Assembly (NCBI GenBank): GCA_965243025.1
Contig: CBDETY010000003.1
Location: 384,001 to 448,000 of the forward strand
Length of the DNA stretch: 64,000 bases
Direction of reading: 5' to 3'
Source: Candidatus Latescibacterota bacterium
GTDB taxonomy: Bacteria; Latescibacterota; UBA2968; UBA8231
Part shown: in pieces, positions 47,055-58,050 of the stretch
Position numbering within the stretch: the stretch's first letter is position 1
Layout of the letters: each line of letters starts with the position of its first letter
The notes under the pieces: model-generated
Database searches by the model: none
What the model was told of the DNA's origin: nothing
What the model saw: the letters and a program-made list of their open reading frames with translations, nothing else
Program-made: the position numbers and the translations under genes

Positions 47055-48317
47055 TTACCGCAGCACCAGCACGTCGATGTTTTCCCCGAAGCTCTCGTAG
47101 CTCGAGGTGATCACCCGCTCCCCCGGCTCGAGTCCCTCCAGCACCTCGTAGACCCGGGGGTTCTGGCGCCCGAGCCTGATGGAGCGCCGCGCCGCCCGAT
47201 CGCCGGAGGCGTCGAGCACGTAGGCCCAGTGGCCCCCGGTCGACTGGTAGAACCCGCCGCGCGCCACCTGCACCGCCTCCTCGAGGTTGCCCAGCTCCAG
47301 GCGCACGAGCAGGGTCTGGCCGCGGCGGATCCCCCCGGGCGCTTCCCCCTCGAACAGGAGGTCGACCTCGAAACCGCCCTCCCTGACCTCGGGGTAGACC
47401 TTGCTGACCACAAGGCCGTACGGCTGTTCGCCGCTGTCGAAGCTGCCCCGCTGCCCGCGGCCGACGCGGCCGATGTAATGCTCGTCGATGGTTGCCCGCA
47501 CCTTGAAGCCCTCGGTCATGTCGATCTGTCCAAGCCGCGCTCCCGCACCCTTGCTCTCTCCGACCTCGGCGTCCAGCGAGGTCAGCTGCCCGGCCACCGG
47601 GGCCCGCACCGTCAGGTTGTCCAGCCGCCGCCGGACGATTTCGAGATCCCGTTCAGTGCGCTCCACCGCCGAGACCAGCTGCGCCACCTTGCTCGCCGCC
47701 AGCAGCGAATCCTGAGTCTGAGTCTCCCGGGTCAGGGCCATGCGGCGGGAGCTGTACTCGTACTCGTCGCGCAGGCGCTCGTATTCCTGGCGCGACATGA
47801 TGGCCGCCAGATCCTCCTCCGGCAGGTCCTGGTAGCGCTCGAAGTTGCGCTTGTCCAGGGCGAGCCGGTACTCGATCTCCATCAGCGTTTTCCGCGAGGC
47901 CAGCATGTTCTGCTCCATGGTCAGGCGGCCGTTGAGCAGCTCCTCCCTGCTGCGCTCCAGCCCGGCCTCCTGCTGCAGGATGGTCAGCTCGAGGTCGGGG
48001 TTGGCGAGGCGCAGCAGCGGGTCTCCAACCGCCACCGCGGTCCCCTCCTCGGCGAACACCTGCACCACCTGACCGCTCTCCAGGGCGTCGAGGTACACGG
48101 TGCGCAGCGGCACCACCGTGCCCCGCACCGGGATGTACTCCAGAAACGGGCGGAGCTCGACCGCCGACAGGGTCAGCCTTTCGCGCTCGACGTTCAGCCT
48201 GCGCACTCCGAAATCGGCGAGCAGGGCGTAACCGCACAGACCGGCCAGCAGCAGGAGCGCGGCGCCCAGGGCGACCCGCCGCGGGGTGAAGCGCCGCTTC
48301 TCGAGTCTGCGGTCCAT
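47055..48317 (-). CDS. Periplasmic adaptor / membrane fusion protein (HlyD/MacA family)
   Basis: MDRRLEKRR + TM anchor; lipoyl-like halves (GQVVQV..EEG..V..GDPL; VRAPVAGQL); coiled coil; VLEGLEPGERVI. Confidence 0.9.
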   Translation of the reverse strand: MDRRLEKRRFTPRRVALGAALLLLAGLCGYALLADFGVRRLNVERERLTLSAVELRPFLEYIPVRGTVVPLRTVYLDALESGQVVQVFAEEGTAVAVGDPLLRLANPDLELTILQQEAGLERSREELLNGRLTMEQNMLASRKTLMEIEYRLALDKRNFERYQDLPEEDLAAIMSRQEYERLRDEYEYSSRRMALTRETQTQDSLLAASKVAQLVSAVERTERDLEIVRRRLDNLTVRAPVAGQLTSLDAEVGESKGAGARLGQIDMTEGFKVRATIDEHYIGRVGRGQRGSFDSGEQPYGLVVSKVYPEVREGGFEVDLLFEGEAPGGIRRGQTLLVRLELGNLEEAVQVARGGFYQSTGGHWAYVLDASGDRAARRSIRLGRQNPRVYEVLEGLEPGERVITSSYESFGENIDVLVLR

Positions 48318-48450
48318 GCCGAGGCCTCCCCCGGGGCGGGTGCTGCCGGGGTCGGATTCGATGGGCTCGGCGCGCTCCCTGGGGAAGATCCGGATATTCG
48401 CAGGCATGATATTTTCTGCTGTATCTTGACGCAGTCCTCAATGCCGCCAA

Positions 48451-48466
48451 AGCAAGATGCGTGCTA
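48451..48466 (-). promoter_or_regulatory. Sigma-54-like -24/-12 element with a mismatch at the conserved GG
   Basis: Minus strand TAGCACGCATCTTGCT versus consensus TGGCACG-N4-TTGCW. Confidence 0.5.
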
Positions 48467-48533
48467 TGTCACCTAACTTTCATAAAAACAACGGGATGAA
48501 ACGAATCGCCCCGACGGAGGGGAGGCCCCTGGC

Positions 48534-48571
48534 CGTCCGCTGGCGATACACCGGGTGTCCGCTGGCGTACA
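48534..48571. promoter_or_regulatory. Tandem putative enhancer (UAS) sites for the adjacent sigma-54 activator
   Basis: cgtccgctggcgataca and tgtccgctggcgtaca (TGTnCG-N4-CGnACA-like), 22 bp apart and about 70-100 bp upstream of the -24/-12 element. Confidence 0.55.
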
Positions 48572-48757
48572 CCTGGACCCCTGCCGGGGATTCCTCCAGC
48601 CCTTGCAAGTGGCCGCTGCGCGACCCCCGGGCTCGTCAATTTTCAAAAGCTTCCCGGTTCCCGCGCTGGAATTTCCGCGTTTCCAAGCCTGGCCTGGGTT
48701 GGGGGGCTTTCCACGGCCGCAGCCGGGAATTCCCCCGGCCGCGCCACATGATCTTCC

Positions 48758-50134
<1,377 letters not shown>

Positions 50135-50281
50135 GAAGCCTTCTCCGCGGGTAGCAACAGCCCTTGGAGGTTTAACTGCACACCGGATTTCAGCAGAATC
50201 CGATCTATCCTCTTTTTGGCAGGCTGAGGCATTGTAGAGTAGGTTCAATTATGGTGGTGGAAGTAACCTGAAGGAGGCCGC

Positions 50282-50482
50282 ATGACCGATCTACAGACTG
50301 AAAAAACCGCAAGACCAGCAGCGCGCACAGACATGACCCAACATCAGGGAAATACCACGGCACGACGACTCTTGTCTGCCTGGTTGGCCGACGAATCCGG
50401 CTATGAAGAGGCAACGTGGTCCAACCTCAAGCAAAATCTGGAGGCCAACCGCTCTGGTCATAGAAAGCTCTTCAGTGCCTGA
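50282..50482 (+). CDS. Putative antitoxin (66 aa)
   Basis: AAGGAGG RBS; LLSAWLADESGYEEATW..LK..LEANR; overlaps the start of a PIN gene. Confidence 0.7.
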   Translation: MTDLQTEKTARPAARTDMTQHQGNTTARRLLSAWLADESGYEEATWSNLKQNLEANRSGHRKLFSA

Positions 50483-50901
50483 CGTGCTCTTGTTCGATGC
50501 CGGCGTCCTGGGACAGAGCGTCCCATCCACGGCAGAATCCCGCGTTTGCTCAGTGGTTCGACCAACTGCTGGCCACTGAGACGACGGTTATGATTCCTGA
50601 AATTTCTGACTATGAAGTGCGACGTGAGTTAATCCGCGCTAAACGTGAAACGGGCGTTTGTCGCCTTGACCAACTCCAACAGGCCCTGCAGTACTTGCCT
50701 ATTACCACCACCGTTATGTTGCGCGCCGCCCGGTTATGGGCGGAAGCAAGACAACGAGGTCGCCCGACTGCCGATCCCAAAGAACTGGATTGCGACGTGA
50801 TTCTCGCAGCTCAAGCCCGGGAAGTCGGAGCCACCGTCGTCACGGACAATACCGGCCATCTTTCGCAGTTCGTGGAAGCCAAGAGTTGGCGCGACATCTG
50901 A
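50475..50901 (+). pseudogene. PIN-domain toxin with +1 frameshift
   Basis: GTG 50475 gives VPDVLLFDAGVLG (first PIN Asp). The remainder (RASHPRQN...PEISDYEVRREL...LDCDVILAAQA...VTDN..HL) is in the +1 frame from about 50514. Confidence 0.75.
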
Positions 50902-51161
50902 GTGGCTGAAATACTCGATTTCACTGACCCCACATGTTGAGGAACGAGGAAGAGTACGATACTGCCGTCGCGGAAATCGATTCCCTTCTCGACACCGATC
51001 CTCCGCCCGGGTTGGAGGCGTATGACCGGCTGGAGTTCCTGTCGGTCCTGGTGCAGGCATACGAAGAGGCTCATGTGCCTGCTTTCGAGCAGCCTGTGCC
51101 CCAGGAAGTGGTCGATTTTGTCCTGGAGCAGAAGGGGCTTACCAGGACGGATGGCCTCTGA
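50902..51161 (+). pseudogene. Truncated HigA-like antitoxin
   Basis: LRNEEEYDTAVAEIDSLLD...DRLEFLSVLVQAYEEAH...VDFVLEQKGLTRTD is a HigA N-domain cut off at the start of the HTH; the 5' end also appears frameshifted. Confidence 0.7.
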
Positions 51162-51162
51162 G
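51151..51162 (+). repeat. 12-bp direct repeat, right copy (ATGGCCTCTGAG)
   Basis: Identical to 50124-50135; provides the kinase start codon. Confidence 0.9.
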
Positions 51163-52518
51163 GCCCGGGACCTGACGACTCTTCCCCGCCGCCTGATTCA
51201 GGGCTTCCGCTCCTTCCGCGCGCGGATCGTGCTTCGAGTCCTTCTCCTCGGCGCAACCCTGTGGCTGCTGTTCCACACGACCGCAGGAGGATGGAGCTAC
51301 CCTGCGGTAACGGTCGCCGCCGGTCTCCTCCTGCTCTTCCAGATCTTCGGCCTCGTCCGTTTCGTCGACCGCACCAACCGCGAGCTGGCCCGCTTCCTCG
51401 CCGCCATCCGCTACGCCGACTTCTCGCAGACCTTCGGCGCCGGGGGTCTCGGCTCCTCCTTCGACGAGCTGAAGACGGCGTTCAACGAGGTGCTCGACGC
51501 CTTCCGCCTGGCGCGGGCCGAGAAGGAGGAACAGGCGCGCTACCTGCAGACCGTGGTGCAGCACATCGGCGTCGGCCTGCTCGTGTTCGACGGAAACGGC
51601 AGGGTGTCGCTGATCAACAACGCCGCCAAGCGCCTTCTGGGGGTGCCCCGGTTGGGCGAAATCGCCGGTCTCGACCGCGTCAGTGCCAGCCTTGCCACCA
51701 CCCTGAAGAACCTGGGTCCCCGGGGCCGCGACTTGGTGCGCTTCGGGGAGACCCAGCTCGCCCTGCACGCCTCGGTGTTCCGCACCGGGGACCGCGAGCA
51801 CACCCTGGTGGCGCTCCAGGACATCGGTCCCGACCTCGACGAGAAGGAAACGGAGGCCTGGCACAACCTGATCCGCGTTCTCACCCACGAGATCATGAAC
51901 TCCATCACCCCGATCGCCTCGCTGGCCGCCACCGCGGACCGCATGCTGAAGGAAGGGAGCCTCGACGGGGAGACCGCCGGGGACATCCGCACGGCGGTCG
52001 GCACGATTCAGCGCCGCAGCGAGGGCCTGTTGCAGTTCGTCGAGACCTACCGCGGGCTCACCCGGGTGCCGGCGCCATCGTTCGAGATCGTACCGGTGGC
52101 CGGGCTTTTCGCCCGCGTCGAGCAGCTGCTGGGGCCGCAGTTCGCCGAATCGGGTGTCGAGCTGCACACCCGGGTCGATCCCCCCGGCCTCGAGCTCACG
52201 GGGGATCCCGGCCAGGTCGAGCAGGTCCTCATCAACCTGCTGAGCAATGCCCGCGAAGCCACCGAGGGCAGGGACCGGGGGCGAGTCGACCTGAGCGCAT
52301 ACCTGGCGCGCGGGAAGGTGGTCGTCGAGGTCGCCGACAACGGGCCGGGGATCGTCGAGGAAGCCCTCGACAAGCTCTTCATCCCCTTCTTCACGACCAA
52401 GCAGAACGGCTCCGGGATCGGGCTGAGCCTGTGCCGCCAGATCATGAGGCTCCACCGCGGCTCCATCTCGGTGCGCTCGCAACCGGGGGAGCGGACGGTG
52501 TTCTCGCTGCGGTTCTGA
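51151..52518 (+). CDS. Membrane sensor histidine kinase (PAS-like, NtrY-like)
   Basis: Two TMs; H-box RVLTHEIMNSITPI; N-box QVLINLLSNA; DNGPGI, FIPFFTTK, GSGIGL. Confidence 0.93.
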   Translation: MASEARDLTTLPRRLIQGFRSFRARIVLRVLLLGATLWLLFHTTAGGWSYPAVTVAAGLLLLFQIFGLVRFVDRTNRELARFLAAIRYADFSQTFGAGGLGSSFDELKTAFNEVLDAFRLARAEKEEQARYLQTVVQHIGVGLLVFDGNGRVSLINNAAKRLLGVPRLGEIAGLDRVSASLATTLKNLGPRGRDLVRFGETQLALHASVFRTGDREHTLVALQDIGPDLDEKETEAWHNLIRVLTHEIMNSITPIASLAATADRMLKEGSLDGETAGDIRTAVGTIQRRSEGLLQFVETYRGLTRVPAPSFEIVPVAGLFARVEQLLGPQFAESGVELHTRVDPPGLELTGDPGQVEQVLINLLSNAREATEGRDRGRVDLSAYLARGKVVVEVADNGPGIVEEALDKLFIPFFTTKQNGSGIGLSLCRQIMRLHRGSISVRSQPGERTVFSLRF

Positions 52519-52634
52519 GCCGATCGGAACAGGGGCGGGATACTTGCAATGTGTAGCAGAGGAAAGCCGGAATACCGAGGCTCCTTCGGGTAGGAGTTGC
52601 GGCGATGCAACAGCCAGCTTTCGCGATGATGGAA

Positions 52635-52725
52635 ATGCGAGGACACTATTTGGAAATTACCTACCGCAAAGGGAAGCCCTTGCCGCATACCTGTATTTAT
52701 CGAAGCCTTCGGATGTGGCAATGCA
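52635..52725 (+). pseudogene. Frameshifted fragment of a DUF2283-like (antitoxin-associated) gene
   Basis: MRGHYLEITYRKGKP in one frame continues as LAAYLYLSKPSDVA in another; YLE.TYR.GKP.AAYLYL is recalled from DUF2283-like proteins. Confidence 0.5.
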
Positions 52726-52806
52726 GCGCTTACGCCCCTTGCCTCATGGGTATCTTTTTTCCTTACCGGTCGGTAACCGACCCGACACTTGGGCATGGCA
52801 AATGAC

Positions 52807-53652
52807 ATGGAAACGGCTGAAATAGCGGAGCAGATCAGGGAAAGCGGCTACTGCATCGTCGAGGACGTAATCCCCGCAGGGGAAGTCGGCAGAATCCGCG
52901 AGCGCGTCGTGCGGGCGCAGGCCGCCAACGACGCCGCCAACCAGGCCCGGGAGCAGGCGACGCGCGCCAGGGGCCACCGCATCGGGGCCCGCGGCGTCGG
53001 CGTCCTCAAGCAGGCGATCAACCACGACCAGTCGTTCGCCCCGTACCTGGCCGACCGCCGGATCGTCGGGGCCCTCGAGACCTTCTTCGGCCCCTGGCTG
53101 CGGATCTCCTGCACCGACGCCGTGGTGAACCACCCGGGCAACGAGCGCGGCTACTGGCACGCCGACTGGCCGTTCAACCAGACGAACGCCTCCAATGTCC
53201 CCGCCCCCTACCCGGACGTGATGATGCACGCGTCGTCGCTGTGGATGCTGACCGATTTCACCGCCGCCAACGGGGGGACGCTGCTGTTGCCGGGCACGCA
53301 CAGGAAGGACCACAATCCGGCGAAGGGAGACCTCCCCGGATTCGACCACGAGGCCCCGCAGCCGGCCGAGGTTCACGCCGAGGGCAGGGCGGGGTCGGTG
53401 CTGCTCTCCGACAGCCGGCAGTGGCACGCGGTCGCCCCCAACCGGAGCGGCAGCCCCCGGGTGGCGCTGATCGTGCGCTACGCTCCCTGGTGGCTGAACC
53501 TGAATCCGACGCACACAGGAACGCCGGAGCACGAGATGATGGTGGTGGAGCCCCGGGGGAAGAACTACGAGATGGAGCCGCTGCGCCGGGACGTGTACGA
53601 AGGGCTTCCGGAGGAGGTGAAGCCCCTCTACCGGCACTTCGTGGCCAACTAG
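52807..53652 (+). CDS. Phytanoyl-CoA dioxygenase (PhyH) family protein
   Basis: GYCIVEDVI, WHADWP, WMLTDFT..NGGT..LPGTH, DSRQWHA..PN. The start could be 52795. Confidence 0.9.
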   Translation: METAEIAEQIRESGYCIVEDVIPAGEVGRIRERVVRAQAANDAANQAREQATRARGHRIGARGVGVLKQAINHDQSFAPYLADRRIVGALETFFGPWLRISCTDAVVNHPGNERGYWHADWPFNQTNASNVPAPYPDVMMHASSLWMLTDFTAANGGTLLLPGTHRKDHNPAKGDLPGFDHEAPQPAEVHAEGRAGSVLLSDSRQWHAVAPNRSGSPRVALIVRYAPWWLNLNPTHTGTPEHEMMVVEPRGKNYEMEPLRRDVYEGLPEEVKPLYRHFVAN

Positions 53653-53778
53653 GGGAGCGGCATCTCCCCGACTGAGGTTCGACCCGCGCTTGCCGCCGGG
53701 TTCCCGGACGTAGACACGGGTAGAGCGTCGATTCCCACTACGCCGCTTCGTTCCAACAAGCCGCCGTCGGGGTCCCGG

Positions 53779-55017
53779 CTACCGGAAGACCGCCCTGTCG
53801 GCTGTTTCATTCCACAGCCGGTTGAAATCTTCGCTGCCGTCGTCCAGCCAGAAGTCCTGGTCAACCAGGCGATCGTAGCCGTCGCCGACGCCGGGGACCA
53901 CGGTGGGGTCCAGGCTCGATGAGCCGCGCATGGGGGCGCGGCCGTAGGCGGTGGGTCCGTTTTCGACGGAAACTCTGATCAGGGCCCGGGGAATCGGCGG
54001 CGGTTCGGTGGACTTCAGGCGTTCCAACGCCTCGCGGTTCAGGGTGACGCCGAGGCCGGGTTCCTCCGGGACCTCGACCTGGCCGGCGACAACCTCGAAG
54101 GGATCGACGACGTCGTCCTCCCACAAATGGGCCAGGGTCACATGATGAAGCGTGGCTTGTTCGAAGGCGGCGGCCATGTGCAGGACCAGGGCGCGGGTGA
54201 TGTTGCCGCCGGTGTTCTGCATCATGAAGGGAGAATTGGCCGCTTCGAAAAGGCCGGCCCGCCGGATGGCGACGCCGACCGGGGCGTGGCCGAGCATGTA
54301 GCCGTCGGCCAGCCCCATGAGGGCCTCCCGGCCGCCCAGAGGCATGTGGTGGATGGCTACGGGGAGGGAGGATTTCTGCCGCAGGACCTTGTAGCCTTCC
54401 AGGTCGAAAGTGCGCAGGGGATCTTCGATGAGGCCGGCGATCGGGAACCGGGACAACTCCCGGGAGAGCTCGACGGCGTGTTCGACGGGGTTGTTCCAGT
54501 TGAGGTCGTAGTGGATCCTGAAGCCGCGGGGAGCCGCTTCCTGCATGGCCCGGGTCTGGTCGATGACGTTGTGGAAGGAGTGGGTGTGGTACTTCATCCA
54601 CAGGTAGCCCTGTGCGGCGGCGTGCTTCACTTCTTCGGCCATCAGTGCCGGGGTTTGCGAAACCGTCCAGGACGAGAACGGGACCCAGGAGCGGACCTTG
54701 GGCCCGAAGAGCCGGTAGGCGGGCACGCCGTTGGCCTTGCCGACCAGGTCATAGATGGCGGGTGCGACCCGGATATCGAGCTCGGGATGGGCGAGCCAGG
54801 CGCACGGGTCGGTCCCGCGCAGTTGCTCGAGATTCCGCTCGAAGCCGGGGTCTCCGGGGCCGGTGTGTTCGGCCAGGCCCTCGAGGCCGTTGTCGGTGTG
54901 CACCACCAGGATGGTGCGCGTGTCCCAGAGGTCGCCCCCGTTCAGCCTGTGGGCGTCGCGGTTCCAGGCACGCAGCGGCGGGTGGATCTCGTGTCGTTCT
55001 ATCCCGGTTATTTTCAC
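53779..55017 (-). CDS. Mandelate racemase/muconate lactonizing enzyme family protein
   Basis: VHTDNGLEG, IYDLVGKA..VP.Y.LFG, HYDLN, IEDP, PEEPGLGV. Confidence 0.85.
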   Translation of the reverse strand: MKITGIERHEIHPPLRAWNRDAHRLNGGDLWDTRTILVVHTDNGLEGLAEHTGPGDPGFERNLEQLRGTDPCAWLAHPELDIRVAPAIYDLVGKANGVPAYRLFGPKVRSWVPFSSWTVSQTPALMAEEVKHAAAQGYLWMKYHTHSFHNVIDQTRAMQEAAPRGFRIHYDLNWNNPVEHAVELSRELSRFPIAGLIEDPLRTFDLEGYKVLRQKSSLPVAIHHMPLGGREALMGLADGYMLGHAPVGVAIRRAGLFEAANSPFMMQNTGGNITRALVLHMAAAFEQATLHHVTLAHLWEDDVVDPFEVVAGQVEVPEEPGLGVTLNREALERLKSTEPPPIPRALIRVSVENGPTAYGRAPMRGSSSLDPTVVPGVGDGYDRLVDQDFWLDDGSEDFNRLWNETADRAVFR

Positions 55018-55021
55018 GCTT

Positions 55022-56692
55022 TCATCCTCCTGTCGATACAGCAGCCTGACGGTCCCAGCGGGACTGGCGGAACTCGATGCGGCAGTGGACGTCGAGCAGC
55101 ACCGTCCGCCCCTCGGCGTTGAGCCGCTGCGCCCGCTCGAGGGCGGGAACCAGCTCCTCCGCTTCCTTGACGACGATTCCGGCGGCGCCCATGGCTTCGG
55201 CCAGCCCGGCGTAGTTCCCCGTCATCCGCGAAAAGCCGTAGCGCTCGAGGGCGGTCGGAAAGCCGCCAGGGTAGGTCGCCATGCCGCCGTTGTCGAGCAC
55301 CACGGTGGTGATCGGCGCCCCGGCGCGCACCGCGGTTTCGATGTCGAGCCCGGACATGCCGAAGGCGCCGTCCCCCATCACGTTGAGGCAGAATTTGTCG
55401 GGGTGGGCGAGCTTGGCCCCGATCATCAGGGGGATGCCGAAGCCGAGGTGGGTGGTCCGGCCCCAGCCGACGTAGCTGTGGGGCACGGTGGCGGTGTAGA
55501 AGGGGATCATCGAATCGCGCGTCGCCCCGGCGTCGTGGGTGACGATGCTGTTCTCCCGGTCGAGGGTCCGGTCGATGGCGTGGATTACGCGGTAGGGGTT
55601 GAGCGGCTGTTCCCCGGAAGTCAGCAGCGGCCTCCACTCCGCCAGCCACTCCTCCTTCAGGGCGGCGATCTCCGCGGCGACCCGCTGTTTCCGCTCTTCC
55701 CGGCCGGGCTCCCCGACCCGGGATTTCACCTCGTCGACGAGGGCCGCCAGGGTCAGCCGGGCGTCCCCGGTCAGGCCGACCGCGGCCGCTTCGTCCTTGT
55801 TGATGTCGTCGGGGTTGCTGCTGTTCTGGATGATGACGGTGTCCGGCCGGATCTCGTGAGCGTACGGGGACCGGGTCAGGCTGGCCCCGGCCGCCAGCAG
55901 CAGGTCGCATTCGAGAATCGAGGTGCGGGCGGCGAGGTTCATCGCCCGGCTGCCGGCGCCCAGCGAAAGGGGATGGCGCTCGTCGAAACCGGATTTGCCC
56001 GCCAGGGTGCAGAACACCGGGATGCCGGTCAGCTCCGCCAGCTCTTTCAGCTCCCGGGAAGCCCCGGAGAACAGGACGCCGGCGCCCGACCAGATGAGAG
56101 GTTGCTCCGCTTCCAGCAGCAGCCTGGCGGCCTCCTCCACGTCTCCGTTCGCCGGGGCCTGAAGCGACATCCGGGGAGCGCGGTAGTCGCGGGCGTCCGC
56201 GGGCACCTCCCGGCCGCAGACGTCCTCGGTCATCTCGACCGCCACCGGTCCGGAGGGGCCGTTGCGCAGGGCGTGAAAGGCGCGCCGCATGACCGAGGAG
56301 ATCTGCTCCGGCGCGTACACCGCCTCCACCCGTCTGGTCAGGCCCTGGTACTGCCGCGCCGCGGAGAAGCCCGGCCGCACCCCGATGCGGTCGAGGCCGG
56401 GGCCCTGGGGCAGCAGCAGTACCGGGACGTTGTCGGCGAACGACTGGGCCAGTCCCCCCATGGAGTTTTCCGCCCCCGGCTGCGACTGGACCGCGACGAC
56501 GCCGAAGCGCTTCCGGCCGCTGGTGCGGCTGAACCCGTCGGCGGCCATCACGGCGCCGCGTTCGTGGCGGAACATGACGGGCCGGATGCCTTCCCGGGCC
56601 GCCGCTTCGATCAGCGGATTGGAAGGAAAGCAGGAAAGCCACTCGACTCCTTCGGTCTTGAGTATCCGGGCGATGAGCTCAGTGCCGTTCAT
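55022..56692 (-). CDS. Thiamine pyrophosphate-dependent enzyme (acetolactate synthase-like)
   Basis: RHERGAVMAADG; TPP motif GDGAFGM...VVLDNG; likely start MNGTEL at 56692. Confidence 0.9.
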   Translation of the reverse strand: MNGTELIARILKTEGVEWLSCFPSNPLIEAAAREGIRPVMFRHERGAVMAADGFSRTSGRKRFGVVAVQSQPGAENSMGGLAQSFADNVPVLLLPQGPGLDRIGVRPGFSAARQYQGLTRRVEAVYAPEQISSVMRRAFHALRNGPSGPVAVEMTEDVCGREVPADARDYRAPRMSLQAPANGDVEEAARLLLEAEQPLIWSGAGVLFSGASRELKELAELTGIPVFCTLAGKSGFDERHPLSLGAGSRAMNLAARTSILECDLLLAAGASLTRSPYAHEIRPDTVIIQNSSNPDDINKDEAAAVGLTGDARLTLAALVDEVKSRVGEPGREERKQRVAAEIAALKEEWLAEWRPLLTSGEQPLNPYRVIHAIDRTLDRENSIVTHDAGATRDSMIPFYTATVPHSYVGWGRTTHLGFGIPLMIGAKLAHPDKFCLNVMGDGAFGMSGLDIETAVRAGAPITTVVLDNGGMATYPGGFPTALERYGFSRMTGNYAGLAEAMGAAGIVVKEAEELVPALERAQRLNAEGRTVLLDVHCRIEFRQSRWDRQAAVSTGG

Positions 56693-56882
56693 TCGATTTG
56701 TCCGCAAATTTCCAGAGGTGCGATCGAAACGATTCCCGCCCCGGGGATGGTTCCGGACCGGGAAAATGGTGCGAAAAGGCCGGGTTCGCTACGCCGGAAT
56801 CAGGAGCAATGAAAAAACGAGAGCCTGTTCATACCTGCCGGCCTTGCAACAGCTCTTTCACGACCAGGAAAGGAAGGCGTCC

Positions 56883-57887
56883 GTGCTGACCATCGGCCCC
56901 GGCCCCGATCCCTACTTCGCCTACAAGTTCCACCATGTCGAGCGGGCAAAGACCGCCTGGGTCCTCTCCGAGGAGTTTGGCCTGTACGAAGCTCTGCGAG
57001 CCGGGCCGGCCACCGTACCCGAAGTCAGCAGTCGGATCGGCCTTCAGGAGCGGCCCACCGCGGTGCTGCTGGCGGCCAATGCATGCGTCGGCGTTCTCGG
57101 CATGGAGGAGGACCGCTACTACATCTACCCGGTGATGCGCGAAATGGTCCTGGAGGGGGGCGTTGCCCGCACCGTGCCCAGGACTCCGGACCCGGAAGAC
57201 TGGTGGTACCGGATCATGAAGGAGGCGCTGCTCACCAACGCCCCCGTTCCCGAGGCCCTGCCGGAGTGGCTGGCAAATCCCCAGGGAAACGAGGACAGCA
57301 CCGCCTTTGCCCCGAGCCGCCACGGCTGGCGCATTCTGTGGGGCCACGCCCTTGCCGAGGCTGTGGACTTTACTCCGTTTCGAACCGTGGCGGACCTGGG
57401 CGGGGCAACCGGGGGTGTGCTGGTCGGCCTGACCGAAAGGTGCCCCCACCTGCAGGGGATTGTCGTAGAGCTCCCCTACAGCCGGAAGACCGCCGAGGCG
57501 GCCATCAGGCAGAGCAACGCCCAAGACCGGGTTCGCTTCCACGCCGCCGATTTTTTCAGCGATCCCTTCCCGGATGGGGTCGACGTGTTCTTCATGTCCC
57601 ACATAATCCACGACTGGGATGACGAGCACTGCATCAGGCTGCTGCGCCGCTGTCACGATGCCCTGCCTGCGGGCTCGCCGGTGCTCGTGCAGGAATACCT
57701 GCTGAACGAGGACAAGACCGCAGGTCTGATCGCCGTGTTTCAGTGGTTCGGCCTGATGTTCGGAACGACGGGAGACCAGCGCACCGGTCCGGAGATCGAA
57801 GCGCTGATGGGCGAGGCCGGTTTTTCCGGGACGGAGTGCCGCCCCCTCGACCACGAGCAGGGGATCGCGATCGGCTGGAAGCGCTGA
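56883..57887 (+). CDS. SAM-dependent O-methyltransferase (methyltransferase_2 family)
   Basis: GTG 56883 after GGAAGG; dimerisation domain; ADLGGATG, ADFF, SHIIHDWDDE. Confidence 0.88.
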   Translation: MLTIGPGPDPYFAYKFHHVERAKTAWVLSEEFGLYEALRAGPATVPEVSSRIGLQERPTAVLLAANACVGVLGMEEDRYYIYPVMREMVLEGGVARTVPRTPDPEDWWYRIMKEALLTNAPVPEALPEWLANPQGNEDSTAFAPSRHGWRILWGHALAEAVDFTPFRTVADLGGATGGVLVGLTERCPHLQGIVVELPYSRKTAEAAIRQSNAQDRVRFHAADFFSDPFPDGVDVFFMSHIIHDWDDEHCIRLLRRCHDALPAGSPVLVQEYLLNEDKTAGLIAVFQWFGLMFGTTGDQRTGPEIEALMGEAGFSGTECRPLDHEQGIAIGWKR

Positions 57888-58050
57888 GTCCCTGACGGTC
57901 CCCTCAATCGATGACTCCCCCGGGTCGCGGCAGGAGGTGATGTCGGGGCCGGGCATGCCAGATCCGGCGGTCATCCGGCAGTTTGGTCTCGAATTGACCG
58001 AGCCAGTTGGCCGCCTTTGTCCGGCAGCCCCTGCCTCCACCTTCACACAA

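Larger units (their letters stand above)
50136..51150. mobile_element. ~1 kb toxin-antitoxin cassette inserted between regulator and kinase
   Basis: AT-richer segment containing only TA-type genes, bounded by 12-bp direct repeats; no recombinase gene. Confidence 0.7.

Noticed and set aside
57888-58050. Possible gene remnant between the methyltransferase and the racemase-family gene
   Set aside because: Short open frames but no recognisable motif.
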